Assembly: GCF_037042905.1 (NCBI RefSeq)
Contig: NC_087263.1
Location: 13,022,001 to 13,086,000, forward strand
Direction of reading: 5' to 3'
Source: Lytechinus pictus
Lineage: Eukaryota
DNA: 64,000 bases
Part shown: positions 52,601 through 63,002 of the stretch, piece by piece
Layout: every line of letters starts with the position of its first letter
Numbering within the stretch: the stretch's first letter is position 1
The notes under the pieces: model-generated
What the model was told of the DNA's origin: nothing
Database searches by the model: none
Seen by the model: the letters and a program-made list of their open reading frames with translations, nothing else
Program-made: the position numbers and the translations under genes

Positions 52601-54067
52601 AAAAATACTTAGGTCTTTTCTTTTTCGTCCTTGATGTGTAAAAGAAATAAGTTCGCGCTTCGCGCTCATATTTTTAGTTTATGAGAAACATGTTCTGTGC
52701 AAGACATTTTTTCAGGAAGGCCTATCTTTTTTAAAGAGTCGTGGTGTAGTGGTTCTGACTCCCGCCTTGTAAACAGAGAGTAGTGTGTTCGAGTCCCACC
52801 GCGGTCTATATACCGTCATTTGGCAAGGCGTAATCCACACCTTGTCACTCTCGACCCAGGTGCTAAATGGGTACCCCGTTGGGTGCGAAAGTTATTGTAT
52901 GTTTGAATTTTACAGCGCAATTTTGAGGCTGCGATGAATGCAAGGAATGCTTCTCAGGGTGTGGAAATTGTGCACTTTTCGTGCGGGATTGAAATGAATC
53001 CATTGACTGGGGTAATAATGTGCTGTAAATCGTTTTGAGCCGTTCTTAGAAAAGCGATATTTAAAAACTAGCTATCATTTATTACTGTTATTTCTTATTA
53101 ATGACTCATTCACGATGAAACAAAGTGCTTAAAATGCAATTGGAATATAAACTTGAATTTCAGTTTGAAATCTATGCCTACATTATTAATTTTGTTAAGA
53201 TATTAATTTGTCCTATTCGTAAAGTCAAGCGCTGCCTAAACGGTCCTTTTTTTCAGTCGAGTACATTAAAATAATCTAGGTCATAATCAAACGTTGCATA
53301 AAAAGGTCTTTTTTTGTTCAGTACAGAATAAAATAATCTGCTCGCATCATTGCCAGCTTAACTAATGCACGAAATATTTGAAAAGTCCACTTTTCGGATC
53401 AGTAGAAAATGCTTGAAATATTCCTCCTTCAAGTCTGTACCCCCCAAAAAAAATATATATAATATATATAGCTTGAAATATTAAGTTTTCAGGTTTGTTT
53501 AGTGATGTACTAATTAGGCCCCTTGACCCCGTACTTCTTCACTTTTTGTAAATTTATTGTCTTGTCGTTGCCCCATCTAGCACACTGACCACAAATGGCT
53601 TTAGCTACTTGTGTACTCTTTCCATACATATTAGCATTGGATCAACACATTCCTGAATCACTCCGCTTGCCTTCCTATTCCAGTCCGCACGTTCCTGAAA
53701 CAGTCCGCTTGCCTTCTTATTCCAATCTGCACGTTCCTGAAACATTCCGCATGGCTTCTTCTTTGCTACTTGAAGCTGACCGGATCGCGGATGGTTTCCG
53801 GAAGACGCGGAAGGGTTTAGGAAGGGCGGGACATCGTTAGGACAAGGTCCCGAAGGTGTCAGGAATTCAATATCCGCGTCCAAATTTTGGTCTCGACCAA
53901 AATTTTGATGCGGACAAATTTTGACTTCCCGAACACCAGGAAGGGTTTAGGACAGCGTGCGGATACTCCCAGGAATGTCCGGACAGGTTGCGGAAGGGTC
54001 GCGGATTACAATTATTACATTCCGCGCCTTGTCCTGACGCTGTCCTGGCCCTAGTGGAAAAGGGGTA
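49668..54067. mobile_element. Harbinger-like MITE split by ~3.4 kb of nested repeats
   Basis: TIRs ttttccactagggc / gccctagtggaaaa; ggaca/gcgga-rich halves at ~49668-50100 and ~53560-54067; caggaagggtt occurs in both halves. Confidence 0.55.
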
Positions 54068-54098
54068 TTACAGAAGCCAATACGTGAAACTTTAAGAT

Positions 54099-54136
<38 letters not shown>

Positions 54137-54214
54137 TTAGATGTGTAGATGCCGATGATTGTGCAAAGTGCTCAATGCTATATAAAGCAGAGCATATATT
54201 CGTACCTGTTAAAC

Positions 54215-54265
54215 GTCTGCTACCGGCGGTTTCACGCCCGGACTTGAGGCGATCTTCAGGCAGAC
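54215..54265 (-). ncRNA. Type I hammerhead ribozyme (inverted PLE copy)
   Basis: Exact reverse complement of 57830-57880. Confidence 0.8.
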
Positions 54266-54270
54266 TGACG

Positions 54271-55481
54271 TTATTGGCTATTTGTGTGGTGCGGCGGGTC
54301 AATTTGACGCTTCGGTGGTTTCCGGTTTGGTCTCGTTCGGTGTCTGCACTTTGAAATCAGTTCCGACCTTTTGTTTAGTGAGTTTCTGTTTGTTATTATG
54401 GACACTTTTTCCTCCAGGCAAAGATTGCACAAGCCACTTTTTCTTTGGTTTAAGTTTGACTTTTTTTCGATTTCCCATGTTAGCGTAGATTCGATGTTCT
54501 TTTCCTTCAGATTCCATGTGTATTTTGAGAGTTGAGTTTCGTTCCGGTATCTTTCATGCTTAAATGATTTGATGTGGTTTCTGTATCTATCTTTGAATGT
54601 CCCCCCTGCAAGCCCGAAGTAGTGTTTCTCTTCGTTGCCATGTCGGATCGTCGCCTTGTATACCAGAGCCGTCTGCATACAGTTTCCTTGTAATGGACAT
54701 TGGTTTTTTTGCCGACAGTTACATTTTGGCTTATTTTCCGCTCGTGGATTTGATTGCTTAACAACTTTTTGGTTGTGGGTTTTTATTATGGTATCCATGT
54801 TTTTCATGCAACTGTAGCTAACCTTTATTGTGTTCTTGTTGAATATTTGGTTCAATTTATGTCCCTTGGGGAAGTGTTTCATTATTAGCTTTATGAATCT
54901 CCCTCCTACGTTGGTTTTCACTTCAGAATTGTAAGGTGGGTTAAACCAGGTGACTTTTCTACTTCTATTTCTTCTTTTTCTTCCTTCTTCTACTGGTCTG
55001 ATGTATTTGATGGTTTTGTCATACCCGCTTCTTTTCAGGGCGTCGTCGTATGCTGGCGCTGCTTTCTTGAATAGGTCTTCGTTAGAAGACAGTGTCGAGA
55101 GGCGCTTCTCAACGGCCGCAGGTATTTGGTTGAGGATAGGGGGTGGATGGTTAGATGCCCTATGTACGTAGGTCACCGTGTCATTAGGTTTTCTATATGG
55201 TTGAAAATCGCCTGTGTCTAGGTTGAGGGTGACGTCCAAGTAATCTACGATTTTTTGGTTAGTTTGGATGGTGATGCGTAGGCCGAGATCATTGAAGACC
55301 TTTATGAGGTCTTTTCGCGCCCTGTCCGCCCTGCTCCCTGATGCTCGTCGGAGTACCGCTAGTCCGTCGTCGCGGTATAGGCCTACACTATAGGTGTTGA
55401 TTCTTTTGTTTAATTGTGACAGAGCATATAATCCTACGAGCTCGCAAATCTCGGCTCCGTCGTAGGCACCCATGGAAACAT
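54271..55481 (-). pseudogene. 5'-truncated inverted copy of the PLE ORF (RT C-terminal part + GIY-YIG)
   Basis: Protein identical to the C-terminal part of the 733-aa ORF from VSMGAYDG onward. Confidence 0.9.
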
Positions 55482-55655
55482 GGGCGTGAAACCGCCGGTA
55501 GCAGACGTTTAACAGGTACGAATATATGCTCTGCTTTATATAGCATTGAGCACTTTGCACAATCATCGGCATCTACACATCTAAGGATATAACCTGCTCC
55601 TTCAACTGGTTGAGCACTCTTCTTGTCGACGATTTGTCTACATTTGTGTGGTGAG

Positions 55656-57824
55656 ATGGATCAGTTTCACGCAGATTACTCCGGTAAGAATATTCCAATT
55701 CCGCCAAGAAAAGATTACATCAAATGTCTAATAGAAAGTATTGAAAGCGTAATAAAAAGGATGAGATGGAGAGCGCATTTTTTCCTCAGTGCAAACGACA
55801 GCACAAGCCAAAGTGAAACCGAAGCAAACGAAAAAAGAGAGAAATTTGGGTTCAAATCAAAACGCACGCCCCCTCATATAGATGAAATGACAAACTTTGA
55901 AAATGATTTATTAGGAATTGTAGATGAGTTGGAATTTAGGCGGGTAAATGACCAATTCCAAAAGAAACTCCAGGAAGATGTTAAGCTTATTAATACTTCA
56001 GAAAAAGTATTCGTTCATGCCGACAAAACCCGGAACATATACATGATGGCCCCCAGGAAATACGAAAAGCTATTGAATGAGAACATTACAAGCAAATACA
56101 AGTCTGCCAACGAAGAAATAATTGAAGAAATCGACCGTGAATCAGAAATGATTGCAAGAAAATTAGACATCGGTGATAGAATAAACAACACACCGGAAAA
56201 AGCAGCGTTCATCACTTTAAAAGACCATAAGGAAAATTTCAAAAACAACCTCCAGGCCAGGTTAATCAACCCTACGAAACCCGAATTAGGCCGGGTTAGC
56301 AAGATAATGCTTGATCGCATTAACAAGCAAATAAAAGCAGAAACCAACCCAAACCAGTGGACCAACACAGCCGATGTAATACAATGGTTCAAAAAGCTAC
56401 CAGACAAGGAATCATTATCATTTATTGTATTTGACATAATCGACTTCTACCCCTCCATCACAATCGAGCTATTGTCAACCTGCCTAAGCTGGGCCCAGAA
56501 ATTCACTGCCATCGAAGATGAAGAAATGGAAACGATCATGCATGCAAGGAGAACATTGCTCTTCGACAACAACAACAAAGCGTGGGAAAAAAGAGAAGGC
56601 CGAAAGCAATTTGATGTTTCCATGGGTGCCTACGACGGAGCCGAGATTTGCGAGCTCGTAGGATTATATGCTCTGTCACAATTAAACAAAAGAATCAACA
56701 CCTATAGTGTAGGCCTATACCGCGACGACGGACTAGCGGTACTCCGACGAGCATCAGGGAGCAGGGCGGACAGGGCGCGAAAAGACCTCATAAAGGTCTT
56801 CAATGATCTCGGCCTACGCATCACCATCCAAACTAACCAAAAAATCGTAGATTACTTGGACGTCACCCTCAACCTAGACACAGGCGATTTTCAACCATAT
56901 AGAAAACCTAATGACACGGTGACCTACGTACATAGGGCATCTAACCATCCACCCCCTATCCTCAACCAAATACCTGCGGCCGTTGAGAAGCGCCTATCGA
57001 CACTGTCTTCTAACGAAGACCTATTCAAGAAAGCAGCGCCAGCATACGACGACGCCCTGAAAAGAAGCGGGTATGACAAAACCATCAAATACATCAGACC
57101 AGTAGAAGAAGGAAGAAAAAGAAGAAATAGAAGTAGAAAAGTCACCTGGTTTAACCCACCTTACAATTCTGAAGTGAAAACCAACGTAGGAGGGAGATTC
57201 ATAAAGCTAATAATGAAACACTTCCCCAAGGGACATAAATTGAACCAAATATTCAACAAGAACACAATAAAGGTTAGCTACAGTTGCATGAAAAACATGG
57301 ATACCATAATAAAAACCCACAACCAAAAAGTTGTTAAGCAATCAAATCCACGAGCGGAAAATAAGCCAAAATGTAACTGTCGGCAAAAAAACCAATGTCC
57401 ATTACAAGGAAACTGTATGCAGACGGCTCTGGTATACAAGGCGACGATCCGACATGGCAACGAAGAGAAACACTACTTCGGGCTTGCAGGGGGGACATTC
57501 AAAGATAGATACAGAAACCACATCAAATCATTTAAGCATGAAAGATACCGGAACGAAACTCAACTCTCAAAATACACATGGAATCTGAAGGAAAAGAACA
57601 TCGAATCTACGCTAACATGGGAAATCGAAAAAAAGTCAAACTTAAACCAAAGAAAAAGTGGCTTGTGCAATCTTTGCCTGGAGGAAAAAGTGTCCATAAT
57701 AACAAACAGAAACTCACTAAACAAAAGGTCGGAACTGATTTCAAAGTGCAGACACCGAACGAGACCAAACCGGAAACCACCGAAGCGTCAAATTGACCCG
57801 CCGCACCACACAAATAGCCAATAA
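55656..57824 (+). CDS. PLE polyprotein: reverse transcriptase + C-terminal GIY-YIG endonuclease (722 aa from the first ATG)
   Basis: RT motifs VFDIIDFYPSI, VSMGAYDGAEICELVG, GLYRDDG, DYLDVTL; Cys linker CNCR..CPLQGNC; LVYKATI..HYFGLA..FKDRYRNH; CNLCLEEK..LNKRSELISKCRH. No internal stops. Confidence 0.95.
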   Translation: MDQFHADYSGKNIPIPPRKDYIKCLIESIESVIKRMRWRAHFFLSANDSTSQSETEANEKREKFGFKSKRTPPHIDEMTNFENDLLGIVDELEFRRVNDQFQKKLQEDVKLINTSEKVFVHADKTRNIYMMAPRKYEKLLNENITSKYKSANEEIIEEIDRESEMIARKLDIGDRINNTPEKAAFITLKDHKENFKNNLQARLINPTKPELGRVSKIMLDRINKQIKAETNPNQWTNTADVIQWFKKLPDKESLSFIVFDIIDFYPSITIELLSTCLSWAQKFTAIEDEEMETIMHARRTLLFDNNNKAWEKREGRKQFDVSMGAYDGAEICELVGLYALSQLNKRINTYSVGLYRDDGLAVLRRASGSRADRARKDLIKVFNDLGLRITIQTNQKIVDYLDVTLNLDTGDFQPYRKPNDTVTYVHRASNHPPPILNQIPAAVEKRLSTLSSNEDLFKKAAPAYDDALKRSGYDKTIKYIRPVEEGRKRRNRSRKVTWFNPPYNSEVKTNVGGRFIKLIMKHFPKGHKLNQIFNKNTIKVSYSCMKNMDTIIKTHNQKVVKQSNPRAENKPKCNCRQKNQCPLQGNCMQTALVYKATIRHGNEEKHYFGLAGGTFKDRYRNHIKSFKHERYRNETQLSKYTWNLKEKNIESTLTWEIEKKSNLNQRKSGLCNLCLEEKVSIITNRNSLNKRSELISKCRHRTRPNRKPPKRQIDPPHHTNSQ

Positions 57825-57829
57825 CGTCA

Positions 57830-57880
57830 GTCTGCCTGAAGATCGCCTCAAGTCCGGGCGTGAAACCGCCGGTAGCAGAC
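57830..57880 (+). ncRNA. Type I hammerhead ribozyme in the PLE pLTR
   Basis: Stem I GUCUGC/GCAGAC; core CUGAAGA; stem II CGCCU/GGGCG; GAAA; stem III ACC/GGU; GUA cleavage triplet ending at 57874. Confidence 0.82.
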
Positions 57881-57920
57881 GTTTAACAGGTACGTATATA
57901 TATATATATATATATATACA

Positions 57921-59184
57921 TATTATTATCCTGTTATTATTATCCATGACACCTCTAATGCCGGGTTTTTCAAATGCCCATCGCCCAGATGTGTTCTCCA
58001 CAAACATATCATAGAGGCAAAACAATTCAGGAGCACAGTCACAGGACAAGAATATACCATAACATCCAACATAAACTGCAAATCCCGCTGGGCAATATAC
58101 CTCATCACATGTTCACAGTGTGGTAAACAATATGTAGGGAAAACAGAAACAACAATATACACACGCTTCAATAACACTCGATCAGAAATAAGAAACTTCC
58201 ACACCCCACAACACAAAACATTGCCGTACACAACACACTTCAATCTCCCAAACCACTCAGTAGAAAATGCAATGATAACCGGTATCGAACTCATCAACAA
58301 CGAGTCACACCACACTATCCTCCATAGAGAATCATTCTGGATATACAAACTTAAAACGCTTTACCCGCACGGTATAAATGTTGAGGAATAGAGAAGCCCT
58401 GTCCCAATTTACGACTTATACTATTTACGATACTAACTTTTATACTTTGATTCGCATCAAACCTATTTGGTAATGACAAGACATTGTTATCATCGATATA
58501 TATTTTTGTGAACATATATATATTTTTTTTGTGAACATATATATTTCAATTAATGTACTGCATTACAATTTATAGGCGTATCTGGTCATTTGCTTGTATA
58601 AATTATAATTAGTTTTTCTAATGTAACCTCTCGAATTTACCGGCGTGATAACAATGTACTGTTTAATGACCTATATTCCACCTCGACCATATACCTTTTC
58701 CGTTTCACTTGAATGAACTTAAGTCACGCGAATTCTATATCACACCAGAAACCGAACACACGACACTGCACACCTCCGAGTCAGCCCGAAAGACCCCAAA
58801 GACCCAGGTAAAATTACCCCACATTAGATACATATATATTTATTTGTATATATTTGTCATGTTTGTACATCATATGTGTATGTTTGTGTATATGTACATA
58901 TGTATGTATATATATGTATAAGTGTATATATGCGTATGTGCATGTATGTATTTGTATATGTATGTGCATATATTGTATACGTACGACGTCATTGTTACAT
59001 ATGTTATTATCAGTTATTATATATGTACATGTATATGCCCATATTTCCACCTGTTCCTCCCTCTATACTATTGATATGTTTCGTTCGTTTTTGTTAAAAT
59101 AGAACCCATGAAGAAGGCCTAAGGCCGAAAGCTCGGATTAAATTGTGGTCTACAGCAACGTCAAATCGTCTTGTCATTTTTTCG

Positions 59185-59186
<2 letters not shown>
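57921..59186 (+). mobile_element. 5'-truncated Neptune-like Penelope element (GIY-YIG frame 57921-58391, 3' UTR, HHR-like motif ~59100-59150)
   Basis: Open frame GFFKCPSPRC..INCKSRWAIYLITCSQCGKQYVGKT..TRFNN..HFNLPNHS..RESFWIYKLKTLYPHGINVEE*; motif tgaagaa-ggcc-taa-ggcc-gaaagctc; ends in (TA)n. Confidence 0.85.
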
Positions 59187-59217
<31 letters not shown>

Positions 59218-59432
59218 CTGTGAAAGTTAATCGATTATTTAGCAATTAGCAATTATATGTATATATATTGCTGTGCAATAAACAAACCCAGTCAAGGTTA
59301 TTATTTTATCTCGAAGCGCTTCGCACGTCACATCTACGCACACGTCTTCCCGCTTAAGATCCGATTAAAGATGAGACAAAAGCGTGCCTCTTAAACTAAT
59401 CACTTAATCAGATTAAGACAATAATTAATTGG

Positions 59433-59439
59433 TATAAAA
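59433..59439 (+). promoter_or_regulatory. Candidate TATA box of the protease gene
   Basis: TATAAAA 78 bp upstream of the ATG, with an Inr-like tcagtt ~29 bp downstream of the TATA. Confidence 0.55.
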
Positions 59440-59510
59440 ATGGTGGATTCAGAAGGGTTCCTCAGTTATCTGGTCTACACCTCTCGTAGAAGGACCTGGA
59501 ATCTCTCATC

Positions 59511-60575
59511 ATGTTGAAGGCTATCGTACTTCTTTCCTGTGTTGCCGCTGCGCTGGCTGGTAAGTTGTTTTTTTTTTAAGCAGGAAAAATAATTCACAAC
59601 ATACTTTTTAAAAATTCTAGTTTCAATATTACGATAACCTAGACATACATTATATGTCATATTAAGAAATTTTCAAGTGTAAAATACATTTGTGAGTTAT
59701 ATTCTATATTACGCTTACTTTCTGAATAATGATTAAGGTATTTTATAGTATGGTAGGTTAAATTGTCGAAATTTGTTTCTTAAATACCGCCATCTATTCC
59801 AATGCAGTCCTGACCGTTTCTCCGTATTTTCTCCATAATTTTCTTTTTTTTACTCTATTAAAATGAAACAAGTCATATCTTTATATTTCTTCTTCTTTTC
59901 GCTTTGTTCTTCTTCTTTTCTTCTTCTTCTTTTCTTCTTCTTCTTTTCTTCTTCTTCTTCCTCTTCTTCTTCTCCTTCTTCTCCTTCTCCTTCGGCTTCC
60001 TCTCTTCTGTTTAATATTTCTGCTTCCATTGTTTCTGTTTATCTTCTTCTCCTTCCACAACTGCTTTAACATTGACACCCACCACTACCGTCATCATCAT
60101 CAATACCTTTTGTGTTGCCCTTCTTTTTTTCATAATTTCGTTAATATTATCCTTCTTTATTAACACAATCACCATTATCATGTCTTGATGTTGTTCTTAA
60201 CTTTCCCCTCCCCCTCCATCTTTTTTTCTACTTCAATTCGTCTTTTCATTTCTTTTACTTTAACCTCCCATTCTCCTTCTCTTCTCCGTCCAGACTGCGG
60301 TATTCCCGCCATCCAGCCAGTCAACTCCTTCATCGTCGGAGGCGATGCCGCCACTCCCGGCGCCTGGCCGTGGCAGGTCGGTATCCAGAAGAATTACCTC
60401 ATTGGCGGAGGCGGATATCACATGTGTGGAGGCACCCTGATCAACGACCAGTGGATCGTATCTGCTGCCCACTGCTTCTAGTAAGTACAATAAAAATATG
60501 ATCAGGCAGTGGCCTACAGGTGAGGGTAAGGGAACATGGTGGCGCTTGCCCCCCCCAAAAAAAAAAAATTAAAAA

Positions 60576-60615
<40 letters not shown>

Positions 60616-63002
60616 CATATATATCACAACCATTAAAAAAAGCAAGAGGAAGGAAAGAAAAGGAAAAGAGAAGGTGCTGCAGTCACACTACGGAAACCGA
60701 CTCCAGACCGATCAAAGCTATTACGTATCATCTGTCGGTTTGGAGTCGGTTTCGTGGGTGTGACGGAGCATTGTCACGATTGTACAGCAGTCATACTACA
60801 GGAACCAACTCCAGACGATCAAAGCTATTTACGTTATTTCGAATGGAATATCATCGGTCTGTTTGGGGTCGGACATGTTGGTGTGACTTAAAAATTCACG
60901 CTTCCCTTTTTTTCCTTTAATCTTAAAAAGGGCCTTTTCACTCGTGAATCTTGAATCTTGAATCATTACTGTATGGATGATTGCCATTCGTCTTTAGAAT
61001 CATCGGACCGTTCACACGCTCATTCGAAAACTGTGGTTAAAATAAAACTTAAATGGAATTCACTTCCGGAATAGAATTTAAATTCGTGATTAGCGTTCGT
61101 GATTCTATATTCACACGTGCTAGAAATTCGTTATTAGCCTTATTTTTTACTGGAATCATCGTTCAAATTACGATTTTTTTTTTCCGTGTGAAAGGGCGGT
61201 AAGAGTGATGACATTTTTCTTTCACTTTGATCCAAAAGATAACAAGATCTTAATATTATTTGTTCATTCTCTAAATAATGAATGTGCTTTAGATTCTGGT
61301 GTAGCGCAACTAAATTTCCAATCAGGCAATTTTTCTTTATTTTGAGTGAAATTTATTACACTAGAATACAAAATTAGACCAAGGATAAAACTCTTACATG
61401 AAGGAAATATGAATCTATTTCCTTGTAATCCAAATAAATGATTTCGATAGGATAATGATTTTGCAATATTCGTTGTCACTGTGTTTATACTTTCGATTTG
61501 ATTCAAGAGACAAAAGATAACAAGATCTTAATATTATTTGTTCATTCTCTAAATAATGAATGTGCTTTAGATTCTGGTGTAGCGCAACTAAATTTCCAAT
61601 CAGGCAATTTTTCTTTATTTTGAGTGAAATTTATTACACTAGAATACAAAATTAGACCAAGGATAAAACTCTTACATGAAGGAAATATGAATCTATTTCC
61701 TTGTAATCCAAATAAATGATTTCGATAGGATAATGATTTTGCAATATTCGTTGTCACTGTGTTTATACTTTCGATTTGATTCAAGAGACAAAATCAGATA
61801 TTCAAGAACTTCCAAAAATAAACTGCTTTTTCCTCTCTGTCACTACACTCATACAATATATTCTGTCACGCAATCATGTAATAAATAATAAACGCAATGT
61901 AAGGAATAAACGGATATAATGAGAAAAATCAATTAAATTTGATCATTTATTACTAATGTATATGTGTTTGTGAAGGTTTGGTACCCAAATGTATATTAAT
62001 TATGTAGGCCTATATTATCTGTTGTATAATAGTATTTTTTAAGTGTTTAAAATCTTAAACTTTAAAGTTTACTTTTTAATTTTTAATCTTTAGAAAGATC
62101 AGCATTGTTATTAAACATTAAATGGTTGGATCGCCATCACGCCCATGTGGTATCCACCCTGGAAAAAAAAAACAGTGTGTTCAAAATGTGGAACACACTG
62201 AAATTACTTTCACATTGATAAATTTGAGAATTTCAACAGTGTGAATCACATATTCGCATAGACGACTGTGTGAACACGCTTTGAACAGTTACACTGTCGA
62301 GACGTCCACAGTGTGAAAATATCTTCACACTGTTCAATTCCAGCATTTTTACAGTGTGAATACTATTGTCGCATTGTCTACTATGTGAACACACTGTGTT
62401 CACACTGTGTTCTTTCCAGCAAGGATTTGACTATCCGAGAAGCAGACCAACTGCTTGTAGCCAGGGGCGGATCTAGGATTTTTCGAGGGGGGGCACAGTT
62501 TCCCCAGGAAAATTTGACAAGCAAAAAAAAAGGTTTAAACCAAATATTAAGGGGATTTCGTCTCGTCCACGAAAAAAAATTGACAAATAAAAAAACAACA
62601 GTTTTTTTACATTACAAATTTTAATTGTGCCTCCCACCCTGGATCCGCCAGAGCTTGTAGCCGCTTGACTATAAACTGTATACATACTGAAGATAGATTA
62701 TATATTTTGATAATTTTATTTTGTTTTAATCTTGAATAGCCGCTGGAAGAGACTTTCAGACTACACCATGACTCTTGGCTCCCACGACCGCGACGCCATT
62801 GACGAAACCCAAGTCAACGCCAAGCTCGGCGGCATCTTCGTCCACGAGAACTACGACACCAGGAACCTCGACAACGACATCGCTCTCTTGAAGCTGGAGA
62901 GCCCCGTCACCTTCACCGACTACATCAGCGAGGCCTGCGTTGCCCAGACCGACTACGAAGCCGAAACCATGTGCGTCGTCACTGGATGGGGAGACCAAGA
63001 AA
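59511..63002 (+). CDS. S1A serine protease zymogen (chymotrypsinogen-like), 3'-partial; exons 59511-59559, 60294-60480, 62740-63002
   Basis: Signal peptide [80 protein letters not shown]; in-phase GT-AG introns. The catalytic Ser exon was not found in the window. Confidence 0.92.
61233..61793. repeat. 278-bp tandem duplication in protease intron 2
   Basis: 61233-61510 repeats at 61511-61788 with no difference found; caaaa microhomology at the junctions. Confidence 0.9.

Larger units (their letters stand above)
54130..57894 (+). mobile_element. Penelope-like retroelement (Naiad-like): inverted 5'-truncated copy (54130-55481) + partial pLTR (from 55482) + full ORF + 3' pLTR
   Basis: 55481 to ~54201 is the reverse complement of 56614-57894; 55482-55520 repeats 57856-57894; (TA)n on both sides. 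Confidence 0.93.

Noticed and set aside
55482..55572. N-terminus of the 433-aa minus ORF as a novel fusion protein
   Set aside because: It is antisense pLTR sequence that is in frame by chance across the inversion junction; no evidence of expression.
55656..57824. Selenoprotein-type Naiad element
   Set aside because: Some Naiad elements are reported to use in-frame UGA, but this ORF has none; the conserved positions are Cys codons.
59320..59360. PTF1-type E-box/TC-box in the protease promoter
   Set aside because: No CANNTG at the expected spacing from the ttccc motif.
61264..61784. Duplicated 80-aa minus-strand ORFs
   Set aside because: By-product of the 278-bp intronic duplication; non-ATG start and no recognisable domain.
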